A DNA stretch of 51,479 bases, from the NCBI GenBank assembly GCA_038064015.1, contig JBBTUB010000012.1, positions 1-51,479 of the forward strand, given 5' to 3'. Positions within the stretch are counted from its first letter, which is position 1, and every line of letters begins with the position of its first letter. Source of the stretch: Patescibacteria group bacterium. GTDB lineage: Bacteria > Patescibacteriota > Minisyncoccia > 2-02-FULL-40-12 > IGHO2-01-FULL-4-A. This document shows, in pieces, positions 19,650 to 28,516 of the stretch. The translations under genes were made by a program, and so were the position numbers. The notes under the pieces were generated by a model. The model worked only from the letters and a program-made list of their open reading frames with translations, was not told the DNA's origin and searched no databases.

Positions 19650-20240
19650 CTACAATCCCAACCTTCGAGTGAGCGTGTGGATAAACGTCTCCTCGTGTTC
19701 TTCCTCGGGAATAAACTCTAGCAAAATCGCTCTGATTTGAACAGGGTCCTGATCCTCGATCTGGATCTTTACGTAGGGATGGTGCCATTTTTTGAGATGG
19801 AGGCTTAGCTCGCGGATATCATACTCCGGCTCGTAATGGACCCAAAACGACTTGATCTGCTCGTAGCGATAGCTGTGGTCGCCGACATTGAGGCGCAAGG
19901 GTGAGACCTCAATCTCAACCAGCGGCACGGGGCGGCGCACATGCACGACGGTCATGATCGCCAACAGCGCAAATAGGATCACGGTCGTCACGTCTTGCTG
20001 GAAGATTGCGATCAGTACGGCCGCTACCGCCAAGAGCGCCGCGAAAACATACGGCGCACGCAGCCCGTGTCGGCGATACGTCGCCGGCGCCGTCCACACG
20101 AGCGTGTGGTAGGGGAGCGCCTCACCGCTATCCGTGAGTAATTTTTGCTCCTGAACTACCGGATGAGGAATCGCAGACTCAACTACAACCGGCTCGGGCT
20201 CTTGGGTTTGTTGCTTACGAAGATCAATGACACGTGCCAT
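19650..20240 (-). CDS. hypothetical membrane protein (two TM segments plus a C-terminal soluble domain)
   Basis: ORF with two adjacent hydrophobic helices (APYVFAALLAVAAVLIAIF / TTVILFALLAIMTVV). No family recognised. Confidence 0.55.
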   Translation of the reverse strand: MARVIDLRKQQTQEPEPVVVESAIPHPVVQEQKLLTDSGEALPYHTLVWTAPATYRRHGLRAPYVFAALLAVAAVLIAIFQQDVTTVILFALLAIMTVVHVRRPVPLVEIEVSPLRLNVGDHSYRYEQIKSFWVHYEPEYDIRELSLHLKKWHHPYVKIQIEDQDPVQIRAILLEFIPEEEHEETFIHTLTRRLGL

Positions 20241-20255
20241 GAGTACAGTATATCA

Positions 20256-20909
20256 CTATTTATGAAAGCCTTCCGCACTATCATCTCCGAGATGTGCATA
20301 ATCATTCCATGTCATCAGGCGCCAGCCGTGCGCTTCCTGCTCAAACATCGTAATGCCCGTTTGCGTGAGTTTCATGTGGCGGTAGGCAGCGTGAAACAAA
20401 TCCGGCGTCGCCAGGTCATCGAAAATGAGGATAAGAGACAACATACGAATGACACCGGCGTGGGCAACAATCAAAAGCTGATCCGAAGGCTCGGATGCTA
20501 GCGCGAGAGCAAATTGCTTCATTCTCGATGTGAGATCAAATAGATTTTCCTCGTCGCTGAAATGCCAATTCGGATCGTTGTGATTTTCCGTCAGAATTTT
20601 TCTGATCCGCAAAACTTCCGGGTCATCATACAATTTTCCCTCGATTTCACGGGGCTTCTTGATTTCCCGGAGTAAATCATTGATGCCGACCGAAACCCCG
20701 ATCTCGCGGGCAATGATGTCCGCCGTCTGTCTTGCGCGGAGCAGGGGACTACAAATGATGCTCTTGATCGGAATCGAGGCGAAGCGTCGTGCCGTCGCGC
20801 GCGCCTGGGTGATACCATGAGCCGAAAGCTCCGCGGCATCGTCTTGATTTTTCTTTTCAGCGATGGCGGTTGATTCCCCGTGGCGTACAAGATAGACTTT
20901 TTTAGGCAT
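20256..20909 (-). CDS. histidine phosphatase family protein (PGAM-like)
   Basis: VYLVRHGES catalytic RHG motif, SPLLRARQTA, and a later AHAGVIR motif. ATG 20909 preferred. Confidence 0.85.
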   Translation of the reverse strand: MPKKVYLVRHGESTAIAEKKNQDDAAELSAHGITQARATARRFASIPIKSIICSPLLRARQTADIIAREIGVSVGINDLLREIKKPREIEGKLYDDPEVLRIRKILTENHNDPNWHFSDEENLFDLTSRMKQFALALASEPSDQLLIVAHAGVIRMLSLILIFDDLATPDLFHAAYRHMKLTQTGITMFEQEAHGWRLMTWNDYAHLGDDSAEGFHK

Positions 20910-20971
20910 GTGTTCACTATACTCGAAACTAGGTTGCGAAATCAACAAAAACGTGCAAAACTAGGTGATCG

Positions 20972-21063
20972 GGAGGAGTCGGATAGCGGTCAATTCCGCC
21001 TCTTTGCTAAAGAGGTTGCCGGGTAAAACCGGCTCGAGGGTTCGAATCCCTCCTCCTCCGCCA
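20972..21063 (+). tRNA. tRNA-Ser (anticodon GCU), class II, CCA encoded
   Basis: Acceptor GGAGGAG/CTCCTCC, anticodon arm CCTCT-TTGCTAA-AGAGG, long variable arm GCCGGGTAAAACCGGC, T arm GAGGG-TTCGAAT-CCCTC, then G-CCA. Confidence 0.9.
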
Positions 21064-21067
21064 TGCT

Positions 21068-21643
21068 ATGAATCCTGCAAATTACCCCGAAGAAAAAAAC
21101 TTAAACGACCGTTCCAAGTTGGCGATCAAGCTATTCCACGAGATCGCGCAAGGTGCTCGAATACATGGTTGGCAGATAAGCTTCCTGACCGGTTTTGCCA
21201 TTGACGCTCACTTTGGATATCTGACCAAAAACCATAAGGATGTTGATATCATCATTTCAAAGGACGAGGCGAAGCAACTCACTACATACCTTACCACGTT
21301 AGGGCATACCGTATTTGAAGTCGAGGATACCAAAGGAGAATGTCTGAAGGTTGATCATGCCGACCCAGAACGGCCAAGCCAGGCGCTCGCAGATCTCCAT
21401 TATTTCTGGGAAGAGGATGGAAAGGTCGTGATACCGCTCAAAGGAAAAAAACTTGTCTTCAGTGGAAGCTTTTCTGAAATGACGGAAAGTCGTAAACTAC
21501 TCGGAGAAGATATTACGGTTCTCAAGCCTCATTATTTATTAGAAGAAAAGAAAGGCTGGTGCGAACAAGTTGGTCTTTCTCAATGCAGAGAAAAACCAGA
21601 ATTGTATCAGGCCGATATTGATAAGATTACGTTTTTGTTATAA
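21068..21643 (+). CDS. Pol-beta-superfamily nucleotidyltransferase, ANT(2'')-like (Aminoglyc_resit-type) fold
   Basis: GWQISFLTGFAIDAHFGYLTKNHKDVDIII resembles, from memory, the WIGGGWAIDARLGRVTRKHDDIDL core of aminoglycoside 2''-nucleotidyltransferase family proteins. Confidence 0.5.
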   Translation: MNPANYPEEKNLNDRSKLAIKLFHEIAQGARIHGWQISFLTGFAIDAHFGYLTKNHKDVDIIISKDEAKQLTTYLTTLGHTVFEVEDTKGECLKVDHADPERPSQALADLHYFWEEDGKVVIPLKGKKLVFSGSFSEMTESRKLLGEDITVLKPHYLLEEKKGWCEQVGLSQCREKPELYQADIDKITFLL

Positions 21644-21645
21644 CA

Positions 21646-21732
21646 GGAGAGGTGGCTGAGCGGTCGAAAGCAGCGGTTTACTAAACCGCCGAACCCGTAA
21701 GGGTTCCGTGGGTTCGAATCCCACCCTCTCCG
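21646..21732 (+). tRNA. class II (Ser-type) tRNA with apparent anticodon ACU
   Basis: Acceptor GGAGAGG/CCTCTCC, anticodon arm GCGGT-TTACTAA-ACCGC, variable arm GAACCC-GTAA-GGGTTC, T arm GTGGG-TTCGAAT-CCCAC, discriminator G. Confidence 0.75.
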
Positions 21733-21755
21733 CAAAAGTGTGATATGCTTCAGCT

Positions 21756-22451
21756 ATGGATCAATCAAAGAATAATTTACTGATTGCAATAGGCATGCTC
21801 CTCCTCGGGGGAGTGCTAGGATTCTTCATCGGACATCCGAGTATGGCGAAACCATCTCGGGTTACTCGAGTTCCCACGTCTATACCATCCGAATCCATCT
21901 CCATACCGCCCACACCGAGACCCCAAAAAACAGATATAGTTTTTGCTTCTACCCCCGCCACACCGGCAGGCGAGAAGATCAAAGTCACCCTGACAACACT
22001 TCCGATTACTTTTTCACTGCCGCGAGGATATGCCGCGTTTCAAGGGGAAGGCTTTGAAGGGGGTTACGGCACTTCAGTTGGGATTGGTAAACAAGTTCGT
22101 GAAGGATATTTTCATGATGCTCCGCTTGGCCTCAGCATTTCACGTCGTGCATATGATATGGATCATGATCGTGATTATCGACCCAGTGAATATATTGATG
22201 TCCTATTCGCAAATCAAGAAGATTTCGGATCAGCTCAATATATGAAACTCTTCGGAAATAAAGCTGTTCGTTATACGATTGATAGCGGGGGTGAGACGAT
22301 TGTCGGCTACATTCGAGCTGATCAATTGAGTGGATTCGAATATGCCGATGAATACCTAGTGACCATAAGCTCTGCCAATTATGGGACTGGTATAGGTGAC
22401 GATCAAAATCTCTTTGATACGGTCGTCAGCACACTTCGGATCGGCAAATAG
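21756..22451 (+). CDS. hypothetical N-terminally anchored extracytoplasmic protein
   Basis: Signal-anchor LLIAIGMLLLGGVLGFFIG followed by a soluble domain. No family recognised. Confidence 0.55.
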   Translation: MDQSKNNLLIAIGMLLLGGVLGFFIGHPSMAKPSRVTRVPTSIPSESISIPPTPRPQKTDIVFASTPATPAGEKIKVTLTTLPITFSLPRGYAAFQGEGFEGGYGTSVGIGKQVREGYFHDAPLGLSISRRAYDMDHDRDYRPSEYIDVLFANQEDFGSAQYMKLFGNKAVRYTIDSGGETIVGYIRADQLSGFEYADEYLVTISSANYGTGIGDDQNLFDTVVSTLRIGK

Positions 22452-22458
22452 TTTTCGA

Positions 22459-24597
22459 CTACGCTTTCTTTTTCCACTCTTTCTTCGGCTTCGGAGGATT
22501 GTCTTTCCAGTGTTGGAGGGCGGGGGCGAGGTCGGCTTCGGACTCGGGTTTTTTGCTCATGAGAAAATTACAATCGGGATAGCGGGCGCAGCCGTAAAAT
22601 ATCTGGCCTCTTCCTCTCGATTTTCTTTCAACCAGCTCGCCAATCTGACAATTCGGACACTTAAAGCCGATCTTGTTTAAAATCTTCGTAATGCCTTTGC
22701 ATTTCGGATAGTCCATGCAGCCCAAGAAAAATCCAAACCGTCCGCGCTTGATTTCCATGTCTTTGCCGCAGATTGGGCACTTCTCGCCTTTGGTTTTTTC
22801 GCTCAGCGCGTTAATCTGCGCCTGCTCTTCGGGCATGGGCTGAGTGATTTTTGACTCCGGATCGGGACAGGCGAGAAACTTGCCCATGCGGCCGAATTTT
22901 ATGAGCATCATTTTGCCGCAGTGCTCACACTTCGTCGTGGATTCCTGGACGACTTTTTCGACTTCCTTTTCTTTTTCTTTGAGATGCGTATGAAACGGAT
23001 TGTAAAACTCGGCCACGACCGGGACCCATTTCACTTTGCCTTCAGCGATATGATCAAGCTCCGCTTCAACGTGTGAGGTAAAGTTGATGTCCACGATTTG
23101 AGGGAAGTGCTCGACGAGCATGTCGTTAACGAGAAAGCCGATTTCGGTGGGATGATATTTTTTCTCAATTTTCTCGACATAGCCGCGATCCTGGATCGTG
23201 GTCAGCGTCGGCGCGTAGGTGGACGGCCGACCGATGCCGTGGGACTCCAGGGCTTTGACGAGCGTCGCGTCGGTGTAGCGGGGAGGCGGCTCGGTAAAAT
23301 GCTGCAAGGGCTCAAGTTTCTTGAGATCGAGCACTTCGTTTTTTGATAACTCGGGGAGTTGGCCCTCCACTTCATCTTCTTCCTCATCTTTGCCCTCGGT
23401 ATACGCACGAATAAAGCCATCAAATTTCACGACGCTACCCGTAGCGCGAAAAAGATGCTGACCCGCTTCGATATCAACTGAGGTCTGATCCATGACCGCA
23501 GGAGCCATCTGGGAGGCGATTGCTCGTTTCCAGATCAATTCATAGAGCCGGTCCTTGGATTGCACGGCAAAGCTTGTCGGTCGGATCGCCTCGTGCGCTT
23601 CTTGGGCTCCTTTGTCTTTGGTCGTGTAGCGCCGCGGGTTGCTATATTCTTTGCCAAAATGCTCGCCGACGACGCTTGCAGCTTCGGCGATCGCGCTTTC
23701 GGCTAAGTTCAGGCTGTCCGTACGCATGTAGGTAATGAGTCCGGTCTCGTAGAGTTTTTGGGCCGCCATCATGGTTTGCTTCGCGGACCAGCCTAACTTC
23801 CGTGACGCTTCTTGTTGTAAGGTTGATGTAATGAACGGTGGTGATGGGTTGCGCTGGACTTCTTTTTTGGTGATATCGCGAATCGTGTATCGCGAATCGT
23901 GTAGCGTCTGAATAATTTTTTTAGCTTCGGCCTCGTTGGTGACTGCAAACTTATCGAGTTTCTTATCGCCAATCTGGATGAGCTTGGCTCGAAATGTTTT
24001 TTGCTCACCATTTTTGGCGAGATCAGCCTCGATGCTCCAGTATTCTTCTTTATTGAATTTTTGGATCTCACGCTCGCGCTCCACGACAATGCGCACGGCG
24101 ACTGACTGCACCCGCCCGGCTGAAAGTCCAAACCGCACCTTCCTCCACAAGAAAGGGGAGAGCTCATAGCCAACGAGGCGATCAAGAATGCGGCGCGCCT
24201 GCTGGGCATCGACAAGATTCATGTCCAGTTCTCTTGGATGTTTCAGGGCTTCCTGAATGGCGGTCTTGGTGATTTCGTGAAACACAATGCGCTTGGGCTT
24301 CTTCAGATCAAGCGTTTCGCTCAAATGCCAGGCGATTGCTTCTCCTTCGCGGTCTTCGTCGGACGCGAGGATGACCTCGGTCGCATGCTTCATCGCGTCC
24401 TTGAGATCCGCGACGGCCTGCTTCGCTTTGGTCGGGACGGTGTAGGTGGGCTTAAAGTTTTTTTCCGTATCAACGCCAATCTTGCTCTTGGGCAAATCCC
24501 GCACGTGGCCGTAGCTTGATCGTACGATAAAATCACTCCCAAGAAATTTGGAAATAGTCTTTGCTTTGGTCGGCGATTCTACGATAACTAATTGCAT
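22459..24597 (-). CDS. topA: DNA topoisomerase I
   Basis: TOPRIM start MQLVIVESPTKAKTI, the YMRTDS active-site region, and several C-terminal CxxC zinc ribbons. Confidence 0.95.
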   Translation of the reverse strand: MQLVIVESPTKAKTISKFLGSDFIVRSSYGHVRDLPKSKIGVDTEKNFKPTYTVPTKAKQAVADLKDAMKHATEVILASDEDREGEAIAWHLSETLDLKKPKRIVFHEITKTAIQEALKHPRELDMNLVDAQQARRILDRLVGYELSPFLWRKVRFGLSAGRVQSVAVRIVVEREREIQKFNKEEYWSIEADLAKNGEQKTFRAKLIQIGDKKLDKFAVTNEAEAKKIIQTLHDSRYTIRDITKKEVQRNPSPPFITSTLQQEASRKLGWSAKQTMMAAQKLYETGLITYMRTDSLNLAESAIAEAASVVGEHFGKEYSNPRRYTTKDKGAQEAHEAIRPTSFAVQSKDRLYELIWKRAIASQMAPAVMDQTSVDIEAGQHLFRATGSVVKFDGFIRAYTEGKDEEEDEVEGQLPELSKNEVLDLKKLEPLQHFTEPPPRYTDATLVKALESHGIGRPSTYAPTLTTIQDRGYVEKIEKKYHPTEIGFLVNDMLVEHFPQIVDINFTSHVEAELDHIAEGKVKWVPVVAEFYNPFHTHLKEKEKEVEKVVQESTTKCEHCGKMMLIKFGRMGKFLACPDPESKITQPMPEEQAQINALSEKTKGEKCPICGKDMEIKRGRFGFFLGCMDYPKCKGITKILNKIGFKCPNCQIGELVERKSRGRGQIFYGCARYPDCNFLMSKKPESEADLAPALQHWKDNPPKPKKEWKKKA

Positions 24598-24599
24598 GA

Positions 24600-25466
24600 C
24601 TAGGAATATACCACGAATTTACCATTCCCCAAATTTCGCACTTTCTTTTCCACTTCCATGATCATCAATGTTGCGCTCATCTGGGACGTGTCGAGCTTCG
24701 TGGTGCGGATCAGCTCATTGATCGTCAGCGGTTCTTCGGCAAGCGCTGTGAGAATCGCCGCTTCGTGCGGATTTGACGGGGTGATGGCCTGGGCGCTCGG
24801 TAGGAATTTTCCATAGTCTTCCAGGATATCTTCCACTTTTAAAACCAACTTGGCGCCTTTCTGGATAAGGTAGTTCGTGCCCTGCGACTTGGCGGCGTAG
24901 ATCGGCCCCGGCACGGCAAAGACATCGCGCCCCTGATCGAGTGCCGCTTTGGCGGTGATCATCGTGCCGCTTTTGATATCGCCTTCGACGACCAAGACAC
25001 CTTTACTCATGCCGCTGATGATGCGGTTGCGGGCGGGGAAGGTAAATAGCTGCGCGCGGACATGCGGCTCGTATTCGCTGATCACCGCACCGCCTGCCGC
25101 CAGGATCTGATGGGCGAGGCGAAGATTTTGGTGGGGATAGAGCATCTCGTCGGAAAGCCCGCTGCCGACCACTGCGATGGTGGGAGTCTTTTCGGCAAGC
25201 GCGGTCCGATGGGCGAGCGCATCTATTCCCAGCGCGAGGCCACTGACAATCGTAAAACCGGCGCGGGCGATGCCGGTGGCAAGATCGGCGCCCGAGCGCT
25301 TGCCATAGTCGGTGAGTGCCCGTGTGCCGACAATCCCAAAACACTCGCCCGTGAGCGCCTCGACATTGCCCCGTACGTACAACACGACTGGCGGATCAAA
25401 GATATGCCGCAGGAGCGGGGGATAGTGCTCGCTCTCAAGCGTGATCGAGGTGATCGGAAAGTCCAT
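24600..25466 (-). CDS. dprA: DNA processing protein DprA (Smf)
   Basis: IVGTRALTDYG, SGLALGIDALAHR, and a C-terminal winged-helix region. Confidence 0.9.
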   Translation of the reverse strand: MDFPITSITLESEHYPPLLRHIFDPPVVLYVRGNVEALTGECFGIVGTRALTDYGKRSGADLATGIARAGFTIVSGLALGIDALAHRTALAEKTPTIAVVGSGLSDEMLYPHQNLRLAHQILAAGGAVISEYEPHVRAQLFTFPARNRIISGMSKGVLVVEGDIKSGTMITAKAALDQGRDVFAVPGPIYAAKSQGTNYLIQKGAKLVLKVEDILEDYGKFLPSAQAITPSNPHEAAILTALAEEPLTINELIRTTKLDTSQMSATLMIMEVEKKVRNLGNGKFVVYS

Positions 25467-25929
25467 GGAGGGCAGTTTTAAAAATATTATTAAGTTCTGA
25501 TATCTCGGTCGGCGTAAACTTAGATAACACGAAATCCGCGACCGTTCCCGCGGCCCGCATTTTTTTTAATTTGGGGTTGGCGATGCCAATACGAATTCTC
25601 CAGAATTTATTAGTTTTTAAGTGCTCGATAATATTCTGCACCCCCCGATGCCCGGCGGAGTTGCGCTCAAATGAAACTCTGAATTTCCCAAACTCAATAT
25701 CGAGATCGTCGTGGGTCACCACGAGCCGGGCGGGTTTGATCGCGTGTTTTTTGATAAATTTCTTAACGGCAAGTCCCGACTGGTTCATGTACGTATCAGC
25801 CCGCTCAAGCTTCCAGGAGCCTGGATGGTCATGCGCTTCAAGATAATCCAGGAACATGAACCCTACGTTGTGCCGCGTGTTTTTATATTCGGTACCCGGA
25901 TTGCCAAGACCGACCAGCAGTGTTTTCAT
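25435..25929 (-). CDS. pth: peptidyl-tRNA hydrolase
   Basis: MKTLLVGLGNPGTEYKNTRHNVGF, YMNQSG and DDLD motifs. ATG at 25929 gives 164 aa. The rest of the 392-aa ORF is antisense to lepB. Confidence 0.9.
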   Translation of the reverse strand: MKTLLVGLGNPGTEYKNTRHNVGFMFLDYLEAHDHPGSWKLERADTYMNQSGLAVKKFIKKHAIKPARLVVTHDDLDIEFGKFRVSFERNSAGHRGVQNIIEHLKTNKFWRIRIGIANPKLKKMRAAGTVADFVLSKFTPTEISELNNIFKTALHGLSDHLDHA

Positions 25930-25962
25930 AGAATCAGTATACCTGATATACTGAAAAAGTTC

Positions 25963-26556
25963 ATGGACGAACCAGAATACAATCCCCAGATTCCCGAAGT
26001 CGGCCCGGTCTATCAAGGCTTTGCTTTTTTGTGGGAGATCATCAAGGTGATCATCATCGCCCTGGCAATCATCATCCCGGTGCGGTATTTTCTCGTCCAA
26101 CCGTTTTTTGTGAATGGCGCCTCGATGGAAGAGAATTTTCACGCCGGCGACTATATTTTGATTGATGAGATCAGCTACCGCTTCTCCGATCCGATACGAG
26201 GAGAGATTGTCGTCTTTCGCTATCCCAATGACCGTACGCAATTTTTTATCAAGCGCGTGATCGGGCTTCCCGATGAAACTATCGAGATCAAGAATGATAC
26301 CGTTACGATCTATAATAAAGAGCGCCCGGGGGGCTTTGTGCTCAAAGAACCATATCTCGATGCGAGCCAGGAAACCCGAGGCAATCTTCGCTACAAGCTT
26401 GATCCCAATGAATACTTCGTGATGGGAGATAATCGGCTGCATAGTTCCGATTCCCGGATGTGGGGAGCATTGAACCGCTCGCTGATTACCGGCCGAGTCT
26501 TTTCCCGGGCGTGGCCGTTGCGACAGGCGCAGTTTGTACGCGCGCCCGTCTACTGA
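25963..26556 (+). CDS. lepB: signal peptidase I
   Basis: TM anchor, then VNGASMEENF (catalytic Ser), FFIKRVIGLPDE (Lys) and GDNRLHSSDSR. ATG 25963. Confidence 0.9.
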   Translation: MDEPEYNPQIPEVGPVYQGFAFLWEIIKVIIIALAIIIPVRYFLVQPFFVNGASMEENFHAGDYILIDEISYRFSDPIRGEIVVFRYPNDRTQFFIKRVIGLPDETIEIKNDTVTIYNKERPGGFVLKEPYLDASQETRGNLRYKLDPNEYFVMGDNRLHSSDSRMWGALNRSLITGRVFSRAWPLRQAQFVRAPVY

Positions 26557-26569
26557 TATACTGCTTTTC

Positions 26570-27865
26570 ATGGCAAAACCCAAAAAACAAGACCTCCAGT
26601 CGCCAAAAGGCATGCACGATATCTTGCCAGCCGATCAGCCCTATTGGGCTTTTGTATTGAAGAAGGCCAAGTCGCTCCTTGAGGACTACGGCTTTGAGCG
26701 CATCGATACGCCCATCGTCGAATACGCGAGCCTTTTTGAAAAATCAACCGGCGAGTCAACCGACATTGTTCAGAAAGAGATGTACACGTTTCGAACCAAA
26801 GGCGGCGAGCAATTCGCACTTCGTCCCGAGTTCACTCCCGGCATGGTCCGCGCGTATCTGGAGCACGGCATGCAGGTCATGCCGCACCCGGTGCAACTGT
26901 GGAGCTTTGGTCCGCTGTTTCGCCACGACAATCCCCAGGCGGGACGATATCGCCAGTTCCACCAGCTGAATATCGAAATGTTTGGCGATGAAAGCCCGGC
27001 GGCCGACGCGCAGAGTATTTTTATGGGATACAAGATCCTGGAAAGTCTTGGACTCAAAAATCTCATCGTCCGCATCAACAGCATCGGCGATCAAAACTGC
27101 CGACCTCACTATCTCAAGGCACTCAAGGATTATTTTCGAGGACGCGACAAAAAACTCTGCGCGAACTGCCAAGCCCGGCTCAAGACGAATTTGCTTCGCG
27201 TGCTGGACTGCAAAGTGGAGACGTGCCGCGAAATTTCCAAGGATGCTCCGCAGTTCCTCGACTACCTCGATGATGATTGCAAAAGGCATTTCAAAGAAGT
27301 GCTTGAGTTCCTTGATGAAGCCGGCGTTCCGTATCTCCTTGATCATCGGCTGGTTCGCGGGCTGGATTATTATACCCGCACGACGTTTGAATTCTACGTG
27401 GAATCGCCCGAAGAGGGGACGGCTCAGTCGGCACTGGGCGGCGGCGGGCGCTATGATCGCCTCGTTGCCTTGATGGGCGGCCCCAAGACACCCGCCACCG
27501 GCTGGGCGCTTGGCATTGAGCGAATCATCTTGGCACTCAAAGACAAAGGCATCGCGGCTCCTCAGACTCATCTGCAACCCAAAGTGTTCCTGGCGCAACT
27601 CGGCGAGATGGCCAAAAAGAAGAGCCTTCGGCTTTTCGAAGAATTCCGCAAAGCCGGCATTGTCGCCAAGGCATCGTTCGGCCGCGACAGCATCAAGTCA
27701 CAGCTCAAAATCGCTAACCGTCTTGGCATCAACTACACCTTAATCATGGGACAGAAAGAAGCGCTGGACAGTACGATCATTTTGCGAGAAATGGATTCAG
27801 GCGTCCAGGAAACCGTCCCCGCCGAAAAAATCGTTGAGCTCATGAAGCAAAAAATAAAAAAGTAA
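26570..27865 (+). CDS. hisS: histidine--tRNA ligase
   Basis: KGMHDILP, LRPEFTPG, YRQFHQ, class II motif 3 GGGGRYD, and a C-terminal anticodon-binding domain. ATG 26570. Confidence 0.95.
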   Translation: MAKPKKQDLQSPKGMHDILPADQPYWAFVLKKAKSLLEDYGFERIDTPIVEYASLFEKSTGESTDIVQKEMYTFRTKGGEQFALRPEFTPGMVRAYLEHGMQVMPHPVQLWSFGPLFRHDNPQAGRYRQFHQLNIEMFGDESPAADAQSIFMGYKILESLGLKNLIVRINSIGDQNCRPHYLKALKDYFRGRDKKLCANCQARLKTNLLRVLDCKVETCREISKDAPQFLDYLDDDCKRHFKEVLEFLDEAGVPYLLDHRLVRGLDYYTRTTFEFYVESPEEGTAQSALGGGGRYDRLVALMGGPKTPATGWALGIERIILALKDKGIAAPQTHLQPKVFLAQLGEMAKKKSLRLFEEFRKAGIVAKASFGRDSIKSQLKIANRLGINYTLIMGQKEALDSTIILREMDSGVQETVPAEKIVELMKQKIKK

Positions 27866-28179
27866 TGTCGGACATTTTTTGCAAAATAATTGCCGGAGAA
27901 ATTCCTGCCGAAAAAATCGCCGAGACTGCCGACTGGATTGCGATTCATGATATTCATCCCAAGGCTCCAGTACATGTGCTGGTAATTCCGAAGCAGCATG
28001 TGGAATTACAAGATATTGATCCGGCACTCGCTGGCGCCCTGCTGGTGGGCGTGCGAGAAGTCGCCCGGAAACTCGAAATAGACAAATCGGGATTCCGTGT
28101 TATGATCAATCACGGTGAGCACGGGGGGCAAGAAGTGTCCCATCTTCACCTCCACCTACTTGGTGGAAAGAAGCTTTAG
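27865..28179 (+). CDS. HIT-family (histidine triad) nucleotide-binding protein
   Basis: IFCKIIAGEIP and the HLHLHLLGG triad. ATG overlaps the hisS stop codon. Confidence 0.9.
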   Translation: MSDIFCKIIAGEIPAEKIAETADWIAIHDIHPKAPVHVLVIPKQHVELQDIDPALAGALLVGVREVARKLEIDKSGFRVMINHGEHGGQEVSHLHLHLLGGKKL

Positions 28180-28198
28180 ATTAGAAAGGAGGCTCATT

Positions 28199-28462
28199 AT
28201 GGAAGTAAAACGAAAACCCAATGAAAGTCCCATGTCGCTGATGCGACGTTTTAGCCGTTTGGCCCAGCAAACCAAGATTGTCAGCAACGCCAAGCAAAAG
28301 CGCTATACCCGCCGCAAGACCACCGACCGCATGGAAAAGAACCGCGCCATCATGCGCGAGGAGCTTCGCGCACTGCGCCGCCGCCTCGAGCGCCTGGGCA
28401 AATTTGACGACGAAACCTTTGAAGAAGAAAAGCGCAAGCTAAAACAAAAACTCGATCTCTAA
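28199..28462 (+). CDS. rpsU: 30S ribosomal protein S21 with basic C-terminal extension
   Basis: MEVKRKPNESPMSLMRRFSRLAQQTKIVSNAKQKRYTRRKT is S21-like. A strong AAAGGAGG SD sits 7 nt upstream. Confidence 0.75.
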   Translation: MEVKRKPNESPMSLMRRFSRLAQQTKIVSNAKQKRYTRRKTTDRMEKNRAIMREELRALRRRLERLGKFDDETFEEEKRKLKQKLDL

Positions 28463-28506
28463 CCCCTCCGCTCCTCCCCTTAAATTTAAGGGGAGGTCGG
28501 GAGGAG
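28463..28506 (+). terminator. imperfect long hairpin after rpsU
   Basis: CCTCCGCTCCTCCCCTTA-AATT-TAAGGGGAGGTCGGGAGG. Same CCCCT..TTAA..AGGGG flavour as the hairpin at 12133. Confidence 0.45.
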
Positions 28507-28516
28507 ATGTGAACTC

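Noticed and set aside
25930-26613. N-terminal 228-aa extension of the pth ORF (the 392-aa ORF 25435-26613)
   Set aside because: The extension is antisense to the well-supported lepB gene. The conserved Pth N-terminus MKTLLVGLGNPG starts at the internal ATG 25929.
26756-27598. 280-aa minus-strand ORF
   Set aside because: It is antisense to hisS, which has clear class II synthetase motifs.
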